This document shows, piece by piece, positions 1-7,373 of a stretch of DNA of 9,933 nucleotides (positions within the stretch are counted from its first letter, which is position 1; the number at the start of each line of letters is the position of its first letter). The translations under genes and the position numbers were made by a program. The notes beneath the pieces are model-generated. The model was not told where the DNA came from, made no database searches, and worked only from the letters and a program-made list of their open reading frames with translations. Source of the stretch: Candidatus Helarchaeota ASGARD archaeon Hel_GB_B (GTDB taxonomy: Archaea; Asgardarchaeota; Lokiarchaeia; Helarchaeales; HEL-GB-B); assembly GCA_005191425.1 (NCBI GenBank), contig SUPR01000110.1, forward strand, positions 1 to 9,933, written 5' to 3'.

Positions 1-2
1 AT

Positions 3-143
3 AAGTGGTTTACCAAGATGCAAATTAAAATTCAAATGGAGAAAAAATTACCTTATAAATCATTTATTAAAAAAATTAATAGAAATGATCCATGCCCATG
101 TGGTTCTGGCTTAAAATATAAAAAATGCCATGGAAAATATTAA
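3..143 (+). CDS. SEC-C (metal-binding) motif protein, C-terminal part; frame open at the 5' window edge
   Basis: Frame 3 reads [46 protein letters not shown] (TAA 141-143). [18 protein letters not shown] is the canonical SEC-C motif. The true start may be upstream of the window or at ATG 18 or 36. Confidence 0.88.
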   Translation, partial: KWFTKMQIKIQMEKKLPYKSFIKKINRNDPCPCGSGLKYKKCHGKY

Positions 144-150
144 ATCACAA

Positions 151-387
151 TCATTTACGCCATAGAATTATCTCATTATTAGTACAAGAAGTACATCTAA
201 ACATTCTAATAACACCAATCTCATTTCCTACTTTCTTAAACTCATGCCGTACATATTCCATTTTATTTTTGCAAAGCGGACATTTTGGGAGGTCGAAATT
301 ATTCCATTTATCATTTATTGTAGCATAATATTCTAGCAACGCCCTTGGAACGAAAAGATTTTTCATATCTCTTTTAATCAGCACCAA
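151..387 (-). CDS. Small Zn-ribbon protein (CPLC-x25-CTSC), function unknown
   Basis: 78 aa ORF with TTG start (alternative ATG at 366), two CxxC knuckles, TGA stop. Convergent with the SEC-C ORF across a 7-bp gap. A TATA-like box lies 30 nt upstream. Confidence 0.7.
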   Translation of the reverse strand: MVLIKRDMKNLFVPRALLEYYATINDKWNNFDLPKCPLCKNKMEYVRHEFKKVGNEIGVIRMFRCTSCTNNEIILWRK

Positions 388-405
388 AAAATTTGAAATT
401 GGGTA

Positions 406-417
406 TTATATATATAA
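406..417 (-). promoter_or_regulatory. Putative archaeal TATA box for the Zn-ribbon gene
   Basis: Minus strand TTATATATATAA begins 30 nt upstream of the TTG at 387, which fits a leaderless or short-leader transcript. The AT-rich background weakens the call. Confidence 0.35.
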
Positions 418-797
418 CATTTTATTTTATTAATCTAAAATCAATTTAAATTATATTATTTGCAATTAACCCACGGATAAATTAGAAACACGCTTAAAAT
501 ATTTAAACGAAATAAATAGTGGACCAGCAGAAATAAATAAAAAATATAATAAGACTAAAGATAAAAAGTTAAAATTTTAATTAAATAAATATCGTGTAGT
601 AATAAAATAGATTACAAAAAAAAGTAAAAAAATATTACTGAATACATTAATTTTAAAATCAATTTTATGAATTATATGACTTTATTTTCATCATAAATTT
701 TAAAATCAAAGTAGTATCTCTCATAAACTTATTTATAATTTAACCAAACATTTCTAATTTTTAGTTAATATTATAAAAGTGGTTCTATATTAAAAAT

Positions 798-814
798 TAG
801 CAAAATTTTTGCAA
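798..814. promoter_or_regulatory. Near-perfect 17-bp palindrome TAGCAAAA-T-TTTTGCAA, candidate TF site upstream of the GNAT operon
   Basis: One mismatched pair out of 8; about 150 nt upstream of ATG 967. Confidence 0.3.
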
Positions 815-929
815 CGAGTGAATAAAAATTTATTTTTAGAAATTCAAAATATTAAGAGAATTAAGATTAGATTGGGGTTTTTAACTATTATATAAATTTT
901 ATCCCCCTTAATTATAAATATATACCTAA

Positions 930-963
930 TTTAAAATATTAGCAAACTAAAATATCTAGTGAT
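930..963 (+). promoter_or_regulatory. Putative TATA box (TTTAAAAT, 930-937) and SD-like GTGAT (959-963) of the GNAT operon
   Basis: Spacing fits an archaeal promoter with a short leader. A second TATA-like TTATAAAT lies at 912-919. Confidence 0.35.
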
Positions 964-966
964 TGT

Positions 967-2112
967 ATGGACGATAGTAAATATCGAAATAGATATGACG
1001 GTATCGATATAAACGAGAAGAATGAAGAGCTTCAACTAAAAAATAGAATAGCAACAGAACAAGATGCACCAAAAATTGTAGATTTATACAACCAGATTTA
1101 TAAAAATAATTATCCATACCGATCTTGGACCGATGAAGAGAATATTAAAACAATTATTAACAACCCAAATGTTATCTGGAAGGTATTTGAAGACCAATTT
1201 GGTAATATTGCAGCAACACAAGTTCTTGAATTAGACCCGGACACTAATATTGCGATGTTGCATGGTTATATCGTAGATAGAAAATATCAGGGTAAAGGTA
1301 TTGGAAAAATAATGATTCATGAAAATTGCAAGCTATATCTTGAAGACCCTAATAACAATATTGAAATGTGCTGGTGTGAAGCGAGGACATCCCACAATAA
1401 ATCGCAGAAGATTTCAATGGAGATCAATTTTTTTCCAGTTGCATTTCTGCCATATAAAGACACATTTTTTGGGCGTAAAGAATCCGATTTAATTATGGCA
1501 TGGTATAATCCTAATCGGGGGATTTTAGAAAATAGACGGACTGATGTTAAAATTGTACATGAAGTATTACCATTTTATAATTTTGTGAGTAGTTGTTTAT
1601 ATAAACCTCTCAATGAGCCAATGGTCGAAATATGGGACGAATATGACTTAGATTTTAGTAATAACGTATCTGTTTCTGTAGAAAAAATGAAATATAATTA
1701 TTTAAAGGTTAATTTAAAAGTAGACGAAGATAATCAAATGGAATTTAAGATAAATAGTGAGGTTAAATCAGCAGAGGAATTTACTTATAAATTCACTGAT
1801 ATTAAAGCATTTAATAGTATGTTATATATGCTGGAAAAAATTTTCAATGATCAATTGGATTATATAGAAATCTGGGTTTCTGCATATGACCCAAATGAGC
1901 AGAAATCATGTCTGGCATTAGGTTTTGTCCCAGCGGGATATTTTCCCGCTATTCGGAAAAATACTGATGGATTAAATGAAGATAGGATTGTTTTTGTTAA
2001 AGCAAAATCTTATCCATTAGAAATTAGTAAAGAATATAACCTACAATTAACAGGTAAAACAGCCACGATTTTTAAGATTTTTAGAGAAGTTCTTAATTCA
2101 AAAATTATGTAG
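967..2112 (+). CDS. GNAT-family N-acyltransferase with tandem GNAT folds (C-terminal fold degenerate)
   Basis: Start motif RIATEQDAPKIVDLY; acyl-CoA motif A VDRKYQGKGIGK. Internal repeat: IEMCWCEARTSHNKSQKISMEINFFPVAFLP vs LDYIEIWVSAYDPNEQKSCLALGFVPAGYFP. Confidence 0.85.
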   Translation: MDDSKYRNRYDGIDINEKNEELQLKNRIATEQDAPKIVDLYNQIYKNNYPYRSWTDEENIKTIINNPNVIWKVFEDQFGNIAATQVLELDPDTNIAMLHGYIVDRKYQGKGIGKIMIHENCKLYLEDPNNNIEMCWCEARTSHNKSQKISMEINFFPVAFLPYKDTFFGRKESDLIMAWYNPNRGILENRRTDVKIVHEVLPFYNFVSSCLYKPLNEPMVEIWDEYDLDFSNNVSVSVEKMKYNYLKVNLKVDEDNQMEFKINSEVKSAEEFTYKFTDIKAFNSMLYMLEKIFNDQLDYIEIWVSAYDPNEQKSCLALGFVPAGYFPAIRKNTDGLNEDRIVFVKAKSYPLEISKEYNLQLTGKTATIFKIFREVLNSKIM

Positions 2113-2141
2113 AAAATTAGTTTGGAATTGATGAAATTAAA

Positions 2142-2633
2142 ATGATGCAAATTAGACAAATTTTAGGTAATAAGTATATTCGAAAGATAAATATAAGAGA
2201 AATTAATGATTTTCCAAAAATAGAACAATTTATTATTCCTTTAAATTCTAATATTGTCAAAACAAATTTTCAAAATGACTCTCATATCCGGTTTAAAATT
2301 AGAGGCTTTATCTTAGAGAATGATGGTATTCCATTTGGGAATGTAATTTGTGCAACCGATAAAATTGAAGGTATTACTTATTTTCATCAATTTGATGTAT
2401 ATGGTCAAATTCGGAAATTAATGGACATTTTGATCAATAAAATAATTAATTATTCAAGGTCTATTAATTCCAGGTTTATTATTGGCCCATATTGTCCCTA
2501 TAAAAATTTGGGCTCTGAATATGGATTTGATACTATCGAACAAGCCGAATATCTCCAGGCTTTTAAAAATACTGGAAAATTTACTGAATTTATAAAATTA
2601 AACACAAAAAGTTTAGTATTTAAAAATTTATAA
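2142..2633 (+). CDS. Single-domain paralog of the N-terminal half of the downstream GNAT-like protein
   Basis: 163 aa. IIGPYCPYKNLGSEYGFDTIEQAEYLQAFKNTG aligns by eye with IIGPVNTPAGIYLYGFDSTKQIEYLNFFRENG of ORF 2654..3634. No acyl-CoA motif A is visible. Confidence 0.72.
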   Translation: MMQIRQILGNKYIRKINIREINDFPKIEQFIIPLNSNIVKTNFQNDSHIRFKIRGFILENDGIPFGNVICATDKIEGITYFHQFDVYGQIRKLMDILINKIINYSRSINSRFIIGPYCPYKNLGSEYGFDTIEQAEYLQAFKNTGKFTEFIKLNTKSLVFKNL

Positions 2634-2653
2634 CACCAAGTGAGGAATTAAAA

Positions 2654-3634
2654 ATGGACTTAGAAAGTTTAGGTTATGAGATTGAAGTTATACATAATTA
2701 TATTGATAATTATGATAAAATAATTTACGATTTACATGTTCCATTATTTAAACTTGCATTAAAAGTTCCATGGGTATCATACTCTCCTGAATCTGTTCTT
2801 GTTTTACTGAAAAAAGACTCGACAATAATGGGTCATGTATGTTGCTTTTATAATGATAAAAAACAGCAACTAGAATTTGGCTTTTTTGGACTAAAGAATA
2901 AAAATGATAAAAATACGATGAATGGATTACTGGAAATAATTGAAAAATATGCGAAAAAATGGAATGTATCTAAGATCATTGGCCCAGTTAATACGCCTGC
3001 TGGAATTTATCTTTATGGTTTTGATTCGACTAAACAAATTGAATATTTAAATTTCTTCAGAGAAAATGGTTATCAAGATAGGCATATTTATAGGATTTAT
3101 GAGATCCCAATTCTTCCAAAAAGGAATGTCAAAAAAATCCACGGGCTAAGGCATATTGAATCAATGGAAGGTATTGATAGGGATTTTTTAAAATCCGAGC
3201 TTCATAAAGCTGCTAAAATAATAATTGGTGATGTGTCCGAAGATTTAATAATCCCTAATGAGGTTTGGGATGCAGTCTTTTATTTGATTGATAATTATGC
3301 ATATCCTGAATGTATACAAACTGCATATAATGATAATGACGAAATTCAAGGGTCAATTATATTTCTACCCAATACCAACCCTGAGCATCTTACAAATAAC
3401 GGACGAACTGATGAATTAAGGATTGCAAGTGCTGGCTGGACCAGAGAAAATACTGGAAAAGGATATACTTTAAACCATTTATATATGTTTGGAAATATGT
3501 GTAAGAAATATCATGTTAAAACTTTATTGGGAGGTCAAAGCGACGTTTCAAACTATGGGGTTACACGATTGATGGAGAAATTTGGCTGTAAAATAAGCTA
3601 TGAACACATTGTTGTCGAAAAAAATTTTACGTAA
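2654..3634 (+). CDS. Tandem-GNAT acyltransferase, YghO/bCerS-like family by motif pattern
   Basis: SD GTGAGG at 2640-2645. N-half motifs MGHVCC..EFGFFG..KIIGPVN..Y..F..NGY; C-half GSIIFLPNTN..LRIASAG..ENTGKGY..SNYGVTRLMEKFGCKI..VEK. Family assignment comes from recalled motif pattern, not a search. Confidence 0.72.
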   Translation: MDLESLGYEIEVIHNYIDNYDKIIYDLHVPLFKLALKVPWVSYSPESVLVLLKKDSTIMGHVCCFYNDKKQQLEFGFFGLKNKNDKNTMNGLLEIIEKYAKKWNVSKIIGPVNTPAGIYLYGFDSTKQIEYLNFFRENGYQDRHIYRIYEIPILPKRNVKKIHGLRHIESMEGIDRDFLKSELHKAAKIIIGDVSEDLIIPNEVWDAVFYLIDNYAYPECIQTAYNDNDEIQGSIIFLPNTNPEHLTNNGRTDELRIASAGWTRENTGKGYTLNHLYMFGNMCKKYHVKTLLGGQSDVSNYGVTRLMEKFGCKISYEHIVVEKNFT

Positions 3635-3785
3635 TACCTTGATATATCCAGAGTTAATGATTATAACGTAATTCATAGTAATTAATTTCATTTTTGATTT
3701 CGTTATTATAAAAAAATAGGAGGCGGTTGGATTTAAAATAAAGTGGAATTATAATGAAATCGGTAAAATATTAAGGAATTCTTTT

Positions 3786-4562
3786 TTGAGCGAAAAAGAG
3801 CTACTAAAATTTTTAAATCACCATATTGATCAAGAACCTGATAGAATATTAGAAGTAGGTTGCGGCTTAGGTAGATTAACAAAATATCTCAAAAAAAGAT
3901 TCCGAAATTCTGAAATATTATGTATTGATAAAGATAATGACGTCATTAAAATGCTAAAAGCAACGTTTAAAGAAAAAGATAATTTTAAAATAAAATGCCA
4001 TGATGCGATATATCCAGTCAATGATAAACCATTTGATTTAATTATTGGGTTTCAAGTGTTTCCATTTGTAGAGAAACCCAAGAAATTTTTTGATACCTTA
4101 ATCGATCAACTTACAGATTCTGGAGAATTGATATTGTTAGAAGTTGATATGCTTAATCTTTATTCTAATATTAATATTAAAAAATTAAATGAATTTTATG
4201 GCGATTTTGTAAAAGGCTTGAAGTTGCTTGGAGTTGATTATAATTTTGGTAAAATCTATAAATATTTGGATACTGATAAAGTAAGTTGTGAAAAACACAT
4301 TTTCGAAAAAATAGAATCTTATAAATTATCTGAAAAATTTTTAAAAATGATAAAAGAAGGGTTAAAAAGCAATACCAGGTATTTTAATGAATCTCTTAAT
4401 TATTATTATCAATTCTTAAAAAAAGTAGGTTGGAGTAAAGCAAAATGTATTGAGTTTTTAAGAGAATTATTTACATTTGAAATTTATAAAGATTATAAAG
4501 ATATGGAATTAATAAGAAAAACGCCATATTACCTTTTTAAAATTACAAAAATCAATTTTTAA
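3786..4562 (+). CDS. Class I SAM-dependent methyltransferase; start uncertain (frame open from 3720)
   Basis: Motif I ILEVGCGLG, acidic post-I CIDKD, motif II CHDA, FDLIIG, and GELILLEVD. Confidence 0.9.
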   Translation: MSEKELLKFLNHHIDQEPDRILEVGCGLGRLTKYLKKRFRNSEILCIDKDNDVIKMLKATFKEKDNFKIKCHDAIYPVNDKPFDLIIGFQVFPFVEKPKKFFDTLIDQLTDSGELILLEVDMLNLYSNINIKKLNEFYGDFVKGLKLLGVDYNFGKIYKYLDTDKVSCEKHIFEKIESYKLSEKFLKMIKEGLKSNTRYFNESLNYYYQFLKKVGWSKAKCIEFLRELFTFEIYKDYKDMELIRKTPYYLFKITKINF

Positions 4563-5426
4563 TTAGAAAATGCTTTTTTTCTTTAAAAAGAATTTATTTT
4601 GTTCTTTAGTTTGAGAATTTATTATATTATTTGGATTCGAAAATATTTGTCGCTTTAAATTTATATAAAATTTCAAATTGTAAAAGTCCTCAATTAAGTC
4701 TAATAATGTATAAAATCGTCCAGTAGTCCTGACTTCCAAGAATAATTTATTAATTTCATAAGCAAAATAAATTCTAATAAATGGTATTGGGAGATTTGCT
4801 GCCATATTTAAATAATTAATAGATTCATCAGAAATTTCTAAAAAAATATGATCAAAATTTGGATAGTCTATGATCAATTTAATCAATTTTTTATCAATAA
4901 AATCTTTATAACTTTCATGATAATTATTCAAATAAATTATTATATCGTTTTTGTTGATTGTATTATATATATTTAAAGCATCAGTTAAATCTAACTTATC
5001 TTTTTCCAATTCTGAATAATTATTCAGATCGAATTTAATATTAGGAATTCCTTCTTGAAATAAATATTTATGCACCCAGATATTTTCAATCAATTTTTGG
5101 TCTGGCTCTTTTTGATCAAATAAATATTCAAATGAAATATCTGGAGAATCATCAGGCTCATAAATTTTAAATCGCTCAAGAGATATCCTTTGCGTTTTTT
5201 CCATGAATAAATCTATATAATCTTGAGGTATGTGAAACACACTATAAACAAATAACTCGTTATCAGCATCCATTACAATATAATTTTCTGTAATATAATT
5301 GGATTCTAATAAAAACCGACTCTTTACAAGAAATGATGTATAGAATTTACTCCAATTTATTCTATAGTTAATACTTACTAGGTCTTGTTTAATAGCATCA
5401 AAAAAATTTATTATATTTTCAGTCAT
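4563..5426 (-). CDS. Hypothetical protein; degenerate paralog of the neighbouring wHTH/RAM regulator, lacking a clear HTH
   Basis: 287 aa ORF with ATG. Shares co-linear motifs with 5505..7061 (IP, YEPxD, DLT, EKLL/KKLI). Confidence 0.75.
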   Translation of the reverse strand: MTENIINFFDAIKQDLVSINYRINWSKFYTSFLVKSRFLLESNYITENYIVMDADNELFVYSVFHIPQDYIDLFMEKTQRISLERFKIYEPDDSPDISFEYLFDQKEPDQKLIENIWVHKYLFQEGIPNIKFDLNNYSELEKDKLDLTDALNIYNTINKNDIIIYLNNYHESYKDFIDKKLIKLIIDYPNFDHIFLEISDESINYLNMAANLPIPFIRIYFAYEINKLFLEVRTTGRFYTLLDLIEDFYNLKFYINLKRQIFSNPNNIINSQTKEQNKFFLKKKSIF

Positions 5427-5445
5427 TGTTTTTCTATTACTTCTT

Positions 5446-5453
5446 TTTTTAAA
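5446..5453 (-). promoter_or_regulatory. Putative TATA box TTTAAAAA for the 287-aa gene (likely leaderless)
   Basis: Begins 27 nt upstream of ATG 5426; no SD is visible. Confidence 0.35.
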
Positions 5454-5504
5454 TCATATTAACTTAAATCTATATTATGTACAAAATTATTATTTTACTT
5501 ATTA

Positions 5505-7061
5505 TTATTCTGAATAATCAAGTTTTCTGATTATTTTAATTTGTTTTTTAGGCTCAAAAATCCAATCATGATTTTCTTCATCAAAATATTCTCTAATATC
5601 TACAAAAACACTTGGTGTATACCATTTAATAACTTCAATTTCATTTTTAATACCTAATCCGTATAAAAAATCTTTTAGGTAATAAATAACTCTACTGACT
5701 GAGTTAATTGGTAGATATATCGATAGATTAAATTGGTTGTAATTAACATCATAAATCCTACTTAATACCCACATCGGAAATAGTTCCCCAATATCTTTCA
5801 TTAAATTATAGATACCAACTTCATTAGATTCAACTTTAATTTGTAAATAGTTTGGTATATCTAATCTCCTTAAAAATGGTTTTTTAGAGTGTAATAATTT
5901 TTCTTGTAAAAAATTAACGAATTTTTTAACTTTATTAGGATAAATTCCTGTTAAATTTGACAATTCTCGATAACTTGCATTAGGCATATATTCCATATAA
6001 AAACCTATTAAAAAATGTTCAAATGTAAGGTCGGGAATTGGTGGTGTATAACTAGTGGTAATGGTATCAGAGTTTGGATGGTATTCTATAGAATTAATCG
6101 CATCTTTTAATCGTTTTTCATCGATTTCCCAACCGGGTTTCGTATAACTGCGGAATGTAAAACTCATATCTCCATCAATGGGTTCATATTCCAAATATTC
6201 TTTATTCAATAAGGTCGGTTCATTAAAATAAGTGGGGATTTTCAAATAAATATGGGTCCATTTTGAAGATGAAAAAATATTATGATGCCATTTAGTAAAA
6301 AAATTAACTGATTTTCTCAATTTTAAAAAAATTGTTTTTAATTTAAATAAATTCGGGTCAAATCTAGCTCTCCATGTCAGTCCTTTCTGAAAAAGGCTCT
6401 TCATTTTCATTGCTGCTTCAAAAGTCTTTATTTTTTTACCTTTATATTCAGATAACAACTCTGCTATTTGAGCTGAATTATATACTTTCCTTGTTTCACT
6501 TAAAATTTTAAAAATAATTATATCGTCATCTGTAAAAGGAGTTATTTGCGGTACCTTGCGTTTTTCATAAGTTTTAGAATGTTTCTTCTTTTTATATGGC
6601 TGATAATAAATTGGCATTGAAAGCAGTTTATCATATTCTTGAGCAGTAAGCTTGACCTGCCGCATCTCTAATTTATAAAGATGTTGAATAAATCCATAAA
6701 AAAATTGCCGATAATATCTTAAAATATCTATAAAATATTTTCTATTCTTAATCAAATTATAATTTGGTATAAACTTTAAAAATAATGTTAATTGTGGATG
6801 ATAACTATTGCCTTGCCCGTCTAATTCGAACTTACTATCAACTGACCACTGAACTTTTGTTCGCGTTTCTTTTGTCCATAATTCTAATACAGAAGGGTCC
6901 CCATCATTGTCCATAAATAGCATAAAATATGCTAAATCTCTTTTTCTTGGATATTTAATATGTTTTTCGCCAATAAAAACATCTGGAAGTTTTGCATATA
7001 TTGAATTATATTCTTGCAACAGTTCTTCTTTACTAGTTTTTTCCATATTACTTTCTGACAT
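5505..7061 (-). CDS. Putative transcriptional regulator with two wHTH + RAM/ACT-like (Lrp/AsnC-type) modules and an unassigned N-terminal domain of about 150 aa
   Basis: HTH1 about aa177-227 (TDDDIIIFKIL..NSAQIAELL..MKSLFQKG) and HTH2 about aa344-390 (DLTFEHFLIG..ASYRELSNLTGIYPNKVKKFVNFLQEK). Each is followed by a beta-alpha-beta segment ending in an aromatic W motif (SYTKPGW, YFDEENHDW). Three tandem TAA stops. Confidence 0.7.
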   Translation of the reverse strand: MSESNMEKTSKEELLQEYNSIYAKLPDVFIGEKHIKYPRKRDLAYFMLFMDNDGDPSVLELWTKETRTKVQWSVDSKFELDGQGNSYHPQLTLFLKFIPNYNLIKNRKYFIDILRYYRQFFYGFIQHLYKLEMRQVKLTAQEYDKLLSMPIYYQPYKKKKHSKTYEKRKVPQITPFTDDDIIIFKILSETRKVYNSAQIAELLSEYKGKKIKTFEAAMKMKSLFQKGLTWRARFDPNLFKLKTIFLKLRKSVNFFTKWHHNIFSSSKWTHIYLKIPTYFNEPTLLNKEYLEYEPIDGDMSFTFRSYTKPGWEIDEKRLKDAINSIEYHPNSDTITTSYTPPIPDLTFEHFLIGFYMEYMPNASYRELSNLTGIYPNKVKKFVNFLQEKLLHSKKPFLRRLDIPNYLQIKVESNEVGIYNLMKDIGELFPMWVLSRIYDVNYNQFNLSIYLPINSVSRVIYYLKDFLYGLGIKNEIEVIKWYTPSVFVDIREYFDEENHDWIFEPKKQIKIIRKLDYSE

Positions 7062-7064
7062 CTG

Positions 7065-7079
7065 ATTTCAGCATGAAAA
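7065..7079. promoter_or_regulatory. Palindrome ATTTCAGCATGAAAA just upstream of the regulator start; near copy of 8750..8764
   Basis: TTTCA-N3-TGAAA core; 12 of 15 nt identical to 8750..8764. Confidence 0.35.
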
Positions 7080-7200
7080 TATTTTGTTAATATTTCTATT
7101 TTAAATTATTTCTTTTTATTCATTTTTTATATTCATTTTATTATTTATCTACTTAATTAATTTTCTGAAGCTTGATGCGTTTATCTGTTATGAAACTCAA

Positions 7201-7220
7201 TAAATTTTAATTAAAATTTA
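7201..7220. repeat. Perfect 20-bp palindrome TAAATTTTAATTAAAATTTA
   Basis: Equals its own reverse complement; lies in the divergent intergenic region. Confidence 0.8.
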
Positions 7221-7357
7221 GACTGGTATTAATCAAGTTGTTTTAGTCCAATAATTGAACAGACCAAACTTTTCTATTATGCTTCATTATTAATTTTCTG
7301 ATAATTTTTGATATTATATTTGTTTAACCTGTATCTTTGCGTTTAAATTAATAGTTC

Positions 7358-7373
7358 ATTACAAATTTGTAAT
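7358..7373. repeat. Perfect 16-bp palindrome ATTACAAATTTGTAAT
   Basis: Equals its own reverse complement; lies in the divergent intergenic region. Confidence 0.8.

Noticed and set aside
125-328. 67-aa plus-strand ORF in the track
   Set aside because: Overlaps the SEC-C end and lies antisense to the Zn-ribbon ORF; no motif. A shadow ORF.
470-580. Startless open stretch PTDKLETRLKYLNEINSGPAEINKKYNKTKDKKLKF*, a possible gene remnant
   Set aside because: No start codon, only 36 codons, no recognisable homology; expected in A-rich DNA.
572-585. AAATTTTAATTAAA shared with the 7201 palindrome
   Set aside because: Pure A/T 14-mer in a very AT-rich background; likely chance.
874-906. GGGG...CCCC apparent hairpin upstream of the GNAT operon
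   Set aside because: Only the outer 4 bp pair; the inner arms do not match.
388-966. CRISPR array, tRNA or ncRNA in the long intergenic regions (also 7062-7582 and 8672-8974)
   Set aside because: No regularly spaced repeats, cloverleaf or GC-rich structured island; a structural RNA would stand out in this AT-rich background.
3662-3706. Imperfect inverted repeat ATAACG..TCA / TGA..CGTTAT between the GNAT and methyltransferase genes
   Set aside because: AT-rich with a mismatch, a bulge and a long loop; too weak to call a terminator or operator.
3830-4021. 63-aa minus-strand ORF
   Set aside because: Fully antisense to the methyltransferase core; no independent support.
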